Shown: positions 13,896-26,345 of the stretch, piece after piece
How the letters are laid out: each line of letters begins with the position of its first letter
Position numbering within the stretch: the first letter of the stretch is position 1
NCBI RefSeq assembly: GCF_018977255.1
Contig: NW_024704742.1
Span: 95,854,001 to 95,918,000 of the forward strand
Source: Callorhinchus milii
Taxonomy: Eukaryota
Reading direction: 5' to 3'
Length of the DNA: 64,000 nucleotides
Position numbers and translations under genes: made by a program
The notes under the pieces: generated by a model
Told to the model about the DNA's origin: nothing
The model's input: the letters and a program-made list of their open reading frames with translations, nothing else
Databases searched by the model: none

Positions 13896-14389
13896 TACAA
13901 TTCTAACTTTGAAATGCTTAAAAATGGTCTGCATTTTAGACCAAATGGAATTTTTACCCCCCTCCCCCAGGCCTCCAGGTGAGAATTGCACTGCTGCACC
14001 TGTCTGAATATAATTGAAAGACCTTCTTCTGCTGTGAAATTCATCTTTACCACAATGATACCACACTTAAAAACAATAGCATATAATTGAAGCCTTTCAT
14101 CTCATACAGCAACTGATGATAAGTTTCCTAAGAATGCTCCTTATGTTTTTTCCTCTTTACCTCTTATGACTGCTTGGTGCACACCAATCAGTCATAACAG
14201 AACAGGTTTGGAAGCAAAAATAACCATATGAGCTTAAAATTCTGTCCCTGAAAAGGGGTTCTTCAAGTTGGTGCCCAGCTGTGTCTAAAGAGAGGCAGGG
14301 AAGTATTAAACTGTCCATGCTTCAGATTTGTAATTCCCATAAAAACTAATTTCAATTCATTGTACCACATGAATTGAGAAGGAACAAGC

Positions 14390-14830
14390 AAAAGAGAAGC
14401 AATAGGTGACTTTATAGAGGTGTATAACATTTTAATATTAAATAGGAGTGAAAAAGTAAACCCAGTTCAATACAATCGGATGCAACATGATAGAAGAACA
14501 AGAGGACATAGGCTTAGAGTTGTAAGGGGCAATTTCAGGACAGATACCAGGAAGTTTTGCTTCACTCAGAGGGTAATTAACAACTGGAACAGGTATGGTT
14601 GAGCGGTTATTGATTACACTCTGAGTAAAGATCTGGGTTCATCAGGCCCATTTGACCTCATCCTTCCAGAACACCCACCTCACTGTCCCCACATTACAGT
14701 ATCAATCACCAGAGTGTTTGATATTTATTTAAAAAACAGCTTGATGTTGTGATGGGGGTGGAAGGGTGGGTGTTCTGGAAGGATGAGATTCAATGGGCTG
14801 AAGGGCCTTCTTCATCCGAACTGCTCATGT
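14390..14830 (+). mobile_element. CR1 LINE 3' fragment, with an antisense tail fragment nested at about 14625-14700
   Basis: Translation RTRGHRLRVVRGNFRTDTRKFCFTQRVINNWN is the canonical CR1 ORF2 C-terminus; 3' UTR GGGCTGAAGGGCCT. Confidence 0.85.
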
Positions 14831-15447
14831 GTAGAAAAGTTGTTGGCCTAATCCCACATTCGATTGCTTTGTGCGATATTTAAATGGAGTGTAAGGTAAA
14901 CATTTATAATCTAGTAAGTGTATTAATAGAAATCATTCCACATGTATCATTAACATTCTCATGACAGCAGTCTGATCGGTGATCTGGCTGCGGTTACCAG
15001 ATTATTAATAACTACGCTTGCAACCAATGGACCCAATATGGAATGTAGATTGACACACAGACAGACACACAGACAGGCATTTCATCTTTATTTATACTCA
15101 TCTGGGAGGACTCCTGTGGGAGGACTCATTTTAGCCGTGCTGTTATTTGAGTGGGTAACTAATTTTGGCGCACTGTTGCAGTCCTTTCAGCATTGAAATG
15201 CAGCCGCGCTGTTCTTTGATCTTCAGTTTCATTTAATGAGCTTCAAACAACAATGTCTGTCTGCATTTTTACTTATCCTTGAAAGGTTTGATTTTCACTT
15301 AGGATTCTTTATAATGCTAAATATGCCCGTGTCATTCCCAGGTGCAAGACCTTTCCGATGAGTTATAAATCATGTCTCTGCATCAATTGATTATTGACAT
15401 CCTTCTTGAAGCGCAGACAGACATTGTTGTTTGATTAGTATATATTT

Positions 15448-15788
15448 AATAATAATCCTTATAATAATCCCTCAAGGAAAAAAAAACAATAATAAAATTG
15501 GTCACTTCGATCCACGATTGTTTGTGAGACACTGCTGTGCGCAATTGGTTGTCGTGCTTCACCGACAAATATACATTTATATATATACGCACGACAGCCA
15601 ATTGTGCATAGCAGTGTCTCACAAACAATCGTGGATCGAAGTGGCCAATTTTATTATTTTTTTTCTTGAGGGATTATTATCAGGTGTGTGAAGTAAGGAA
15701 ACTTGCCCAAGATTTCACCCTACCGGGAATCGAACCCAGATCTCTCCCTTGCGAGGTGAGTGGTCTAACCACTGAGCTACAGGACCCC
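15448..15788 (-). mobile_element. SINE family A, short form, whose 3' half is replaced by an inverted duplication
   Basis: tRNA-like head at about 15715-15788 (minus); arms 15461-15557 and 15589-15680 are reverse complements. Confidence 0.85.
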
Positions 15789-16129
15789 TGTGTATCTTAT
15801 ATGTATGACAAGATAATAATATAATAATCCTTGCATTTGATGTAGGACCTTAACACATCTTTAAGATGTCTCAAAGGGTTTTTATTATTTTGTCATTATT
15901 AATTTATTATTATTATTTCTATTATTGAGGCTCAGGTGGGTTTGTCTCCATACACACAGATCGATTTGCCCAGTCTACCACAGCATCTGTTCATGGTGCG
16001 TGTGAAATGTGGTTGCCAATGGAGACTAGTGATGCGAGTTAGACATATCAAGGCTGAATTACACGTGGAATCATATGTTGGTTTCCATACATATTAATAG
16101 AGGCTGGACACAAAGAGAATGGCAAATAG

Positions 16130-16610
16130 CAACAACAATATTACCAACAAATTGCATTTATTTAGCATCTTTCATATCAGAAGGATGTCCCAAGGTGCTG
16201 GACAGTCAATTGTTTGCACCCGAACAGTCAATAGGAATGGAGGACAAGAGGGTTGGTAGTGGGAAGACGAACAAAGGCACAGTTGAAGAGGAAGATTTTG
16301 AGATGGGCCTTAAAGGAGGCAAGGGAGGATGCAAGGCAGAGAGGCTCCGGGTTGTGTTTCAGAGAATGGGTGCAGAAAGGCAAAAGGCGCAACTTCCTAT
16401 GGTGGAGCAGGCGGGGTAGGCGGTGGGGGGTGATAAGGAACAGACCAGTACCCACTGAGCGGAGGTAGCCATCAGGTTGGTAGGGTGTTTGGAGGTCAGA
16501 GCAAGACAGTGGAGGACTTTAAAGGTAGGGACAAGGATTTTAAGCTCAATCCTCTAGTGGGCTGGGGAGCCAGTGAAGCCGGACGAGGATGGTGGTGATC
16601 GGCTCATGAC
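16130..16610 (-). mobile_element. L2 LINE 3' fragment
   Basis: Minus translation ...SLASFKAHLKIFLFNCAF; tail stem-loop and (TTG)-like end. Confidence 0.8.
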
Positions 16611-16719
16611 GAACAGAAATGATACAGGGACAATGGTTACATCAGTAGGCAGAAGCATGTATCAGGATATACCATCAATTATTTCCCCCCTTCTCCACTT
16701 CATCTGAAGATATTTTTCC

Positions 16720-17000
16720 TTCTTTTTCCTCTGTTGGGATATAGATCACAGCGCAGATTTCAGTGTCACTTCCAAGTGTCCCTTATTTATGTGTGAGTTT
16801 TAAGGGTGTGTTATATTGCCATCTTTGTGGGAAACATTACATTTGCATCACCTTATTCTCACAAATGTCAAAATGCATGGACCTTCAAGCTAGGGTCTAC
16901 GGACAGTGATGACTGGAGCCCTAGCTGATTTTTCCCCTGCCTAACCCAATGGCTTCTCATGAGTTGAATCAGCTAACTTGGAAACAGACTATAACCTGGG
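16720..17000 (-). mobile_element. Family C SINE-like copy
   Basis: GCTGATTTTTCCCCTGCCTAACCCA...ATCAGCTAACT is the reverse complement of family C motifs. Confidence 0.55.
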
Positions 17001-17152
17001 CCATAAGAAAAGTGCGGTGGCAATTTTTCCGCGGAACCGCTATAAACAGCGCCCTCCTCTATAAACAGCGCCCTCTGCTAAAAAACGCTAAATAATTAAG
17101 TTTCTGGCACCTGGGGCTCTGCGCACTTCTGCTGACTGTTTACCTGATGGCA

Positions 17153-17770
17153 CTGTGGGCGGAGCTGTGATGCTGTGGGCGGGGCTGTGCTGCTGCGGTG
17201 GGCGGGGCTGTGCTGCTGTGGGTGGGGGTGTGCTGCTGCGGTGGGCGGCGCTGTGCTGCTGTGGGCGGGGCTGTGCTGCTGCTGTGGGCGGGGCTGTGCT
17301 GCTGCGGTGGGCGGGGCTGTGCTGATATGGGTGGGGGTGCGCTGCTGCGGTGGGCGGCGCTGTGCTGCTGTGGGCGGGGCTGTGCTGCTGCGGTGGGCGG
17401 GGCTGTGCTGCTGTGGGTGGGGCTGTGCTGCTGTGGTGGGCGGGGCTGTGCTGCTGTAGGTGGGGATGTGCTGCTGCGGTGGGCGGGGCTGTGTTGCTGT
17501 GGTGGGCGGGGCTGTGCTGCTGCGGTGGGCGGGGCTGTGCTGCTGTGGTGGGCGGGGCTGTGTTGCTGTGGTGGGCGGGGCTGTGCTGCTGCGGTGGGCG
17601 GGGCTGTGCTGCTGTGGTGGGCTGGGCTGGCCATTTGGTGTGGCGGGGCTGTGCTGCTGTGGTGGGCGGGGCTGTGCTGCTGTGGTGGGCGGGGCTGTGC
17701 TGCTGTGGTGGGCGGGGCTGAGCCATTACTGTGGGCGGGGCTGTGCTTCTGCTGTGGGCGGGGCTGAGCC
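17153..17770. repeat. GC-rich minisatellite with 20/23-bp units CTGTGCTGCTG(YGG)TGGGCGGGG
   Basis: Directly visible tandem array of more than 25 variant units; produces stop-free ORFs on both strands. Confidence 0.97.
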
Positions 17771-17864
17771 ACTGCTGTTGGGGGAGTGGCTCCGGATGCA
17801 CATGCGCAGTGTGGCGCGAGTGGGAAATGGGCTTCGCTCCACTTTGTGGCCCCGCTGTTGAGAC

Positions 17865-17985
17865 TGTGTGTGTGTCCCTCTGTCCTCTGTATGTGTGTGT
17901 TTGTGAGTGTCTCTGTGTATTTCTCTCCTCTGTATGTGTGTGTATTTACGAGTCTCTCTGTGTGAATGCGCCTGTGTGTCTTTCT
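17865..17985. repeat. Degenerate (TG)/(TC) simple repeat
   Basis: Visible TG-rich run following the minisatellite. Confidence 0.8.
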
Positions 17986-19670
17986 CACCAGCCACCCCAC
18001 CCCCTCCACTGCAATTTTCCCGCAAAGCATATCAAATTTGCCCGTTACTTTGGCAAATATTTCCTCAATTTTCGATGGACCTTGTCTATAACCTTCCTGT
18101 TGGTACGGGTCATTGCTGTAGGGCGGTTCCTGGCCTACAAGACGACCTGGGATCTGTCAGGACATTCTGAAATGATTACAATTTATAGATTTTGGACCAG
18201 ATTCCAGGAGTTGAGCTCCAACAAACCGACCAACACAAGAAATGTAGTTAATAAGAGAAGTAGGGCTGAAGGAAATTTGCAATTGAAGTCATAGCTCTTA
18301 CAGCGTGACCTTTCCCAAGCAACAGTTGCACGTGGAGCTGTGGAAATGTTCGTTTTGATTTGAACGTGACGCAGTTCAAATGTGACGTTGCCTTTAAGAG
18401 GTGTTTATTGTGAGCAGATTTATTTTCACATCTACTACCAGGTTCTGTGCTGATGAAGTACACTTCACAGTGTTAAAGGGAACAGTTGTTCTTAAGTGCG
18501 TGGAAACCAGCAGGAAACATAATAAAAGTTTTTGAAGACGACGTTGAGTATAAGCAGCCATTAAATGGGTGAGTCAGAGTCAAAACCTCTTGTCGGTTAC
18601 CTCCTGCTTTGCTTGCCCTGGCTTCACTGGCTGTAATCTCGAGTTGGTGAGTGCGAGACCACTAAATAGTGGGAAAAACATTTCCAAGAAACAAAACACT
18701 GCACACTTCATGTCGATTTGATGTGGTTTCTGTGTCAAACAGACGCTAAAAATATAGAGAGGCAGCAGTTTAACTGTTGGTGCGACAGTGACGCCGAATC
18801 TGTCAAGAAATATCAGAATTTTCAGCCAACTTTGCTATTGTTAATAAAAGTTATGGCTGGTGGTTTGGAAGTTCTGAACACTTTTACAGTAACAGGAGAG
18901 CCAGCCGTACTCTTGCTGACCAGGTCTTGATGCTGCTGATAGAGTTGAATCTTACCCCTTGAAATAATATTAAATGTGTCTATTTGCTGCTCAGTGCACA
19001 GAGGAATCTGTGCTTAGTGATATAGTGCAGGGTGGGTGGTGGTGGCTTCTCTGGCAGTCTAAGGAGGCTCCTGCACCAACCTGGAGAAATTAGAGTCAGG
19101 CTTTGGCTTCACAAATGCTTGAGGTTGACAGATTCTGCAAACACATTGAAACACTTATCTCTACCAAACAAAGATGGAATTCATGAAACAATATTAATAA
19201 CATGCACAAAAAACAACAAAAAAAAAGGAAGAGGATGCAGTGTGTAAATACTGGCAAAATTCAGCGGGAGATCATTTTGAATACATCCTGTCTTCTCAGC
19301 CAATCTGACCTCGTCATCCAATTTTACACATTGGACACGATGTTCCATTGGCACGAGCACAGCTTCATGTTTGTTCTGAAGCATGAACTAATACAAATGT
19401 TGTTTGTTTGTTTTCTCCAACACCACAGCCAACATTATTCCCCTGGGCTAGCCACAGTGCTAACGTGGTAGGTAGCACTGTGGCTAGACAGGGGAAGTGG
19501 GCCTATTTAAGAGTACACTGGGTCAGCTACCTTACCACTGAGATCTCTGATTTTGCCTCTTTAAAAACTGGCCAATTTGCTCTTGGACTTGGATGTGAAA
19601 AACGCCAGCCAAGAAATTGTGCTATTTGACCAAAAGACTCAAAAAAGTCAAAAGCATTGGGCAGACTCCA

Positions 19671-19917
19671 GGACCCCGAAATCCCACCCGGTTTTAGACT
19701 TGGACTTTGCTTTGCTTAACATTTCAGAGTGGCAGAATTTTGGCCAATTCACAAATTCTTCATTCAGAAGCTGTTTTGCTTTGGTAGTTAATTCTTATTA
19801 AAAAGGGAACCTACAGAAAAATGCCTTCCAAAATTTGAGTGATTTGGCCAAAATTCCACACACTCTGAAATTAAAGAGAAAAAAGGGATGAGCCAAATCC
19901 ATGTGGAATTTCAGGTC
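19671..19917. repeat. Imperfect palindromic element (old MITE-like)
   Basis: 19721-19757 ATTTCAGAGTGGCAGAATTTTGGCCAATTCACAAATT versus the reverse complement of 19832-19871; outer arms also pair. Confidence 0.7.
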
Positions 19918-20171
19918 CCTATTCGTGTTGTGACAGAACTTTGAGGTGTTTGAGTTTTATGTTTTCAAAAAAGTAGGGTGGTATAGGATCATAATCTTCA
20001 ATTCCATTGGAGGTGATACCTGTGTAATTGCTGTCAGGTCTCAGTCACACCTTGTCAGCCTGTTTTATTGTTCTGCTCTGCTGGCTGGATGCAAAAAAAA
20101 GGAATTTGTATAGCGCATAGCGCCTTTCATGTCAGGAGGACATCCCAAGGTGCTGGAGTACTGAGAACACA

Positions 20172-20600
20172 TATCAGAAGATCATGAGAGAGATTTGGAT
20201 GACAAAGGTCCTTTGGCCTATTTGATCTCAACCTTCTAGAATTCCAACCCTACTGACTGACATCAAACTGGTTTTTAAAATGAATTCAGCATCCTGCCTC
20301 AACCACCCTTCTTGGTAGCCTGTTCCAGTCATTACTTACCCTCCAGACATATAAATATTTCCCAGTGTCTGTCCTGAAATTGCTCTTCGCAACACGAAAA
20401 CCATGCCCTCTTTTTCTTCTGTCTCAGCGGATTCAAGATAATTGTTCTGGGTTTACTTTCTCAATTCCATTTCAAATCTTACATACCTCAATAAGGTTCC
20501 CTCTGAGATGTCTCCTTTCAAGACTGAAGAGCTCCAGTGTGTCTAATGTTTGGTCATAGCTCATTTCTCTAACACTGGGATGTAGAAATCCCTCTGTGGT
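20172..20600 (-). mobile_element. CR1 LINE 3' fragment
   Basis: Reverse complement shows CR1 motifs (TTCAGTCTTGAAAGGAGACATCTCAGAGGGAACCTTATTGAGGTATGTAAGATT; GGGTGGTTGAGGCAGG). Confidence 0.8.
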
Positions 20601-22104
20601 GCCATTCTGCTCCACTGACATTGTGAATGGGGACAAAAGATTTTCATGATCTCAATTGGCAGCATATTACTTATTTTGAAGTTAGATAGTCACTAGTTGG
20701 CCATTTGACACCTGATAAGAACAGGTTTGAGCCCTGACTAGGTGGATGGCAGGTTCCAGGAACTGACAACTTGGACCCAGAATCATCCCAATCATCCCAA
20801 GCATTGGATTCAAAAAACATTACTTACATTAACTCTTCATTCCTATTACATTGCATTGTATTGTGCTGTGCATTTTACATCAGGCAAATGCTGAGTATAC
20901 TATAATGATGTGTACCAAATCTCCATGAATATTGGTCCCATCTTTGCTGCTAGAATATATTAGTCTATACAAACTGAATTAAGTCTGTCTGCTGTGCTGG
21001 CTGAGGGTTCACCAGAAAAAATTATAACTTTTATGTCTTGCATTCCTTATTTAAAGTTTTTTTCCCCTAATTAAAACCATTATAATGTGAAACAATTCTG
21101 TGTCCAAGCTGTCAATGATTGAAAACACTTGATTTCCAAAGAAGGGTTTCCAAGCGAGTGTTTTGACTGGCCTACAGTTGAACCAAGGCTTGGATTTTAT
21201 TTAATTAATTCTGTGTTTATACTACATTATAAATCGGGTTGAACCAGCATGAATCATCCTGTGAGCCCAATTTTCATACCCCCTGGAGGAGAAGATGGTT
21301 TCAGGAGTAGTTCAATCTGTCTCCCAGCCGTGTAAGCGCAGAAGTCCAAATCAAAATGGGTTCCTCTCCCCCTCCCCCCCATGCAGTCTCTTGAAAGCTC
21401 TTAGATAGGTCAATGATCAACCCTAACTGATTATTTCTTCATGTTACTGGAGAGTTGGCTGTGCAACAGTCTGCTTAACACGTAACACTGGAACTCTGTG
21501 CGTGCGCTAAACTGCAAACCGCTCCAAAGGACTCCAGCAAATGCCAATATAAACACGGCATTAGAGAATCCCATGACATGAGAAAGACTAACAAAAATAA
21601 TCCGAAAGGCTTCATGTCCTTATTGTTATTTTAATTGGCCTATACACTGTAACCCATGAAAAATTATGAACTAGGGAAATCACAATATTACTCTAAAGAT
21701 CATTGTCCTTTTAAGATCAATATTTATTTAACAGAATATTGTTTTTAAGTTAAATTTGATTTTAACAATCAATATAAGACTTCTTTATAAAAAGGTTCCC
21801 TCCTTTAGCCAGTCCTATACCATGAGATGTAGCCTGGTTTAGAAGTGGGGCAGATTGCCTTTTGCAAACATTAAGAGTGATGTGGACTAACCCTCCGATT
21901 TACTTTTGCACCCTATGACCTCCCCTCTTCCTCACTCCACTCTACTTACACAGTCAGTATCAAAAACTTGCTGTTTGAGGACACAAAAGTGAACACATCA
22001 AAAAGATAGAACATGCGTTTTTAGAGTGCTTATCACGTTGAAAATGTTTAAAAACAACTTGCACTAATTACTGTCATGCCGAGACTGCTTTTTCTCGGCA
22101 AACA

Positions 22105-22343
22105 ATTTGTGCATGACAAGGTCCCACAAACAGCTGTGAAAGAAACTCCGTTCTGTTCTTCAATAATGTCACAGGATCTTTGATCAGCTAAATAGGCAGA
22201 CAAGCCCTCAATTTCACATTTTATACAAAGGACAGCACCCTCATCGCTGCATTGGAATATGAGCTCAAGTCCCAACGTGGGTCTTGAACTACAAATTTCT
22301 ATTCCAGAGGTGAGAGTGCTCCCAACCGAGCCAAGCTATCACC
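22105..22343 (-). mobile_element. SacSINE1-like SINE (family B)
   Basis: Head reverse complement TAGCTTGGCTCGGTTGGGAGCACTCTCACCTCTG; degraded Deu core. Confidence 0.65.
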
Positions 22344-22517
22344 TAAACCCGCTTTCTGATGGCCCAACAGTATGTTGATACTTGCGGACACCCATTGCTT
22401 TAATTCTGGAAAAAGTGACTCAGGACCCAAAAATGCTGGTGTTTGAGTTATTGAATCTTTGTCATCCTCATGTTGGGAATTGAAAATATTTCATTCTTTT
22501 CACCCAGTGTGGGCAAC

Positions 22518-22775
22518 ACCAATTTACATTTATATAGTGCTTTGCACATTGAATAACGTCTCACAATGCTTTACAGAGACTGTGACAGAGAGCAAGCGGA
22601 GGATGTGGGAAGAAAGAAGAGGAAAGAGTTGACCATCTAGAAGCTAGGCATTGTAGCTGGTGAAGGAAACGTGCAGCAGGCCTGAGCAGAGGAGTGAGGT
22701 GAGAGAAGATTACAGAAGTAGGCAAATGTGAAGGCATGAAGGGATTTATTGCTAAGGATCTCAAAGTTGATATGG
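22518..22775 (-). mobile_element. Old L2 3' fragment, head-to-head with the next copy
   Basis: Tail CAATTTACATTTATATAGTGCTTT; L2-like body. Confidence 0.55.
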
Positions 22776-22789
22776 TGGGAGAGCAACGT

Positions 22790-23232
22790 ACCCTCATCAA
22801 ACCGGTGCTAGCCAGGCTCCACTGGCTCCGTATTGCCAAACAGATCAATTTCAAGATTCTCACACTCATTTTCAAATCTCTTCACGCCCTGGCACCTCCT
22901 TACCTCTACGAACTGCTTACCCCCCAACTCACAACCCACTGGCTCCGCTCGACTTGCTCTGGCCTTCTGCATACCCTTTGTGCCCTCCATTCCACCATTG
23001 GCGGTTCCGCTTTCAGCCACTACACCCGGAAAATCTGGAACACTCCTCCTCTCTCCCTTCACCTTGCCTTTTCCTTCCCCATATTCAGGTCATATCTGAA
23101 GACCTTCCTCTTCAACCGTGCCTACGGTCACCTCCCGTTCCCCCCGGCTCGGCATTGTGCTCCCCCACTGTCAAGCGTTCTGGGATGTTAACCTGCGTGA
23201 GGGGCATTATATAAATGTGAATTGTTGTTGTT
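22790..23232 (+). mobile_element. L2 LINE 3' fragment
   Basis: ORF 22736-23191: LARLHWLRIAKQINFKILTLIFKSLHALAPPYLYELL...AFSHYTRKIWN...LKTFLF; (TTG)n tail. Confidence 0.9.
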
Positions 23233-23329
23233 GAGATGGGAGCACTGCTAGTTTGAGTACAGCATGAGACGTTGCAAGATAAAATTTGCCCTGCACTCCC
23301 CTGAAACCCCAATAATGAGGCCATTCGGC

Positions 23330-23880
23330 ACTATAGCTAGAATGTAGTGAATTGATCATTGAGTATTAGGAATGCTAATCTTGTTGTTAAAGCAACTGAA
23401 ACAGTGGAATAGTACAATACAAGTAAGAAGTAACATTTTATGGTAGTTTTAAGGACACGGCTCTGCATTGTTCTGATGGCTCTTGCAAACCAGGCTTTGA
23501 AGGTAGTTTACAGGTTTGTCCCTGTACACTGAAGAAGGATACTGTTGCTCTGCAGGAAGCATGGAGAACATCAATTGAGATGATTCCTAGGCTCAGGTTC
23601 AAACAAGCACAGAAATAGATTGAAATGGCTTAAGTTTTCTTCCTTAAAGCAAAGAGTTTTAAGACATGATACAACTATTTAAACTGATAAAATGGAGATT
23701 ACATTCTTTGTACTTGATTTGGACCTTAGAACAAGAGGGCATGAGAGCCAGATTTGGGAGAAGAGATCTAACATAGAGATGTGCAACACTCTGCAGCCTG
23801 ACTTATTTCCTTCGGCACAGCACTACAGTAGCCTCATAGTTCAAAGAGAATTGGATATGTGTTTGTTCTGCAGGCTATGG
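23330..23880 (+). mobile_element. Old CR1 LINE fragment
   Basis: Degraded CR1 motifs (GAAGAAGGATACT...GAGATGATTCCTAGG; AGAACAAGAGGGCAT). Confidence 0.55.
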
Positions 23881-26169
23881 GCACACCAACTTACTGTATG
23901 GCAGAAGAAAAGAACACTTAGAATCTCAAGTTTAGGAGGGAAATAAAATTGGAACAGTACAAGATTAACAGAGGTGGGCAAAGGTCAACATGTTTGTTCG
24001 TGATAATTGATCTATTGGTATCAATCTCAGATGGATTGCTCAATGGGCTGAAAGGATTTTCTGTTGTTTAATTCATTATGTGGTTGAAGAAGAAGGAAAT
24101 GAAACTTGATTTTGAATCTCCACAGACCAACATTATTCCATAATCTTTTTGATCTTAGGATGGATTTGATCTGATTTCAACCATGCTAATATGCATTGAA
24201 AATATTCTCACTGGGGTTACAAAGGCAAGAAAGTATGAGAGTAGCAAAGCTCACTTGTTCCATTCAGCCGCTCCTGCCAATAAACCCTGTTCGATTCTGC
24301 CTCCAGCTTTTCACACTCTAATTCATAAGGGCAGTTGAGGCACTGCAGATTTGGAAAAGAGAAAATTTGCTGTGAGCAGAGGATGCAAGGCCAGTTATAT
24401 GTTATGCTACAGCTTTTGCACTGATTTGATGTGAACCTTTATTGTATTGCTCCAAAACCAGTGGTATATATAGATTTGCAGTTCTATTGGCTCTTTACTA
24501 ACATTAAAGATACATCTACTACATTATTCAAACACATGATTGTGCAGTATACAATGTCCATGGCAGAGCCATCAGTGTAACTGTGAATTCGGTTTTATTC
24601 TATCACATAGTTTTATTACAGGGACCAATCTGACCCCTTTATACTGCACTTTAACTGGAAATATGAGGTGTTTTAAATGGAGAAAAGGAGTATTTTAATT
24701 CATCAAAACATAAAATTAACAATAATAATACTTATGTTTCACATAGAGCTGTGTTAAACGTTGAGATATATGTTTCACTGAGTAACTTTGAGGTGTAGTG
24801 ATTGTTGGTAAAACGGTAAACACTGACATCACACAAGCACACTTTCTAGGCAGGGTTATCTGACAGCAATCAGGAGCAGAAACACTGGCTGATAGTCTCC
24901 TCCGTAGAGAGTGGCACGGAGACCAAACATAGCCCCCGATCATCTAAATTAGTACAGATCCACACAAACCTGTGACCATCTGGGCTGTGTAACTTATTAT
25001 TGCCTTTACCCTTCCTCTAAGAGCATTGGCAAAGTTCTGCCAAAGGATCTAAGTTAATCACTTGAATCATCAGGCTCAAGACCCTCAACCTTCTGACCGA
25101 GAGATAAGAGTGCCACCAACACAACCAGATTGAAACTTCAATGTCGTCTTTAAGCTTCTAAAATACTTACAGCTGTAAAATAAGAAAGGACTGAGTGTTG
25201 CTGAAAGCTCATATACTAGTACACAAACATCTGTAATGCAGTATTGTTTTACCATATCCTTTGAAAGTTAGTGGACCGTCATATTAAACTGAAAGAATTT
25301 GCATTCAAGTAAGCAGATGGCAATGTTCACTGTATTTTGGTACATACCACAAACCAACACATGGAAATCAGATTTTTTCCACTCAGTTAATTACAATTTG
25401 ATGTTTTCAAGATGATAGCTACTGCTGCTACACCTTTGGCTGCCGCCAAGTATACACATTAAAAAATGTATGCCATCCACCTTAAAAAGCTGTGGGTGAA
25501 GCTGGATTGTGGCCACTGCTTTTGCTGGGTTATTTTGTATTCTTGTTAAAAAAAAGTTTACAGGATACAGCTTAATAAATTCAAAGCCATCTCAAGAGAT
25601 TTAGTTGTGTTTTTCTTTAAAAAACAGTTACAGTTTTATGTCTCCTTGTGTTTCAAACTGTAAGCAAGTCAAACAGATAAAGCTGGCAATCGTTTTGAGT
25701 TCATCTGCATCCAGTTTTCCACTTTCACTAATGTGTTTGGCATTTACACTGTGGCTGAGATGTCTGGAGAATGTGAAACTGACACAACACTGCCACATAA
25801 ATCTGATTTAATCGGACTCGAATTCGAATGAAGCTATATTGTGTAAATAATGAGGTTTGTCCATAATTCCAACAACAACAAAAAATCCTTCATCGCTCCA
25901 GCCAGTTCAGCCTATGGAAATAGTTTGAATCAAATTGCTTTGACCTCTTCTACCACACAGTTCATTTCAGCGTAGAATTTTTAAGCTTAACTACATGCAC
26001 GTGGTTATGATGATGTCTTGAGAATTATCAGGACAGGAAAACCACAATATGAATACCAGAGCTTTGTGTTCATCCAACACAGGCAAAACAGCACTTTATA
26101 TGGATTTTTGCCACTCTAACTGGAGAGCAGTCCATGGTGAAAAATAGAAGCGATTGACTGGAAGCAACC

Positions 26170-26345
26170 TTGATGATGTAGTGGATTGAACCGCAGATTG
26201 TGGACTTGGAGCTTGCTGGTTTGAATCTCCAGTCTGTGCTGAGCTTGCTGGTCTCAACTGCACAGTAAGGCTAAATTGGCTCTGGCTTCCCAGGGTTAGA
26301 GAAGTGAAAAATAGCCAGAATTCCTGCTTTTAATCACTTTATGGA
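26170..26345 (+). mobile_element. Family C SINE-like 5' part
   Basis: GGTTTGAATCTCCAGTCTGTGCTGAGCTTGCTGGTCTCA...AAAAATAGCCAGAATTCCTGCT. Confidence 0.6.

Noticed and set aside
17153..17770. CRISPR-like array
   Set aside because: Units are contiguous without unique spacers, there are no cas genes, and the context is eukaryotic.
17088..18294. Long ORFs (up to 296 aa; P/Q/H/T-rich or C/G-rich keratin-associated-like)
   Set aside because: Translations of a stop-free minisatellite, open in several frames on both strands; no independent coding evidence.
22518..23232. Twin-priming inversion of a single L2
   Set aside because: Each half has its own 3' tail and they differ in divergence, so these are two independent head-to-head insertions.
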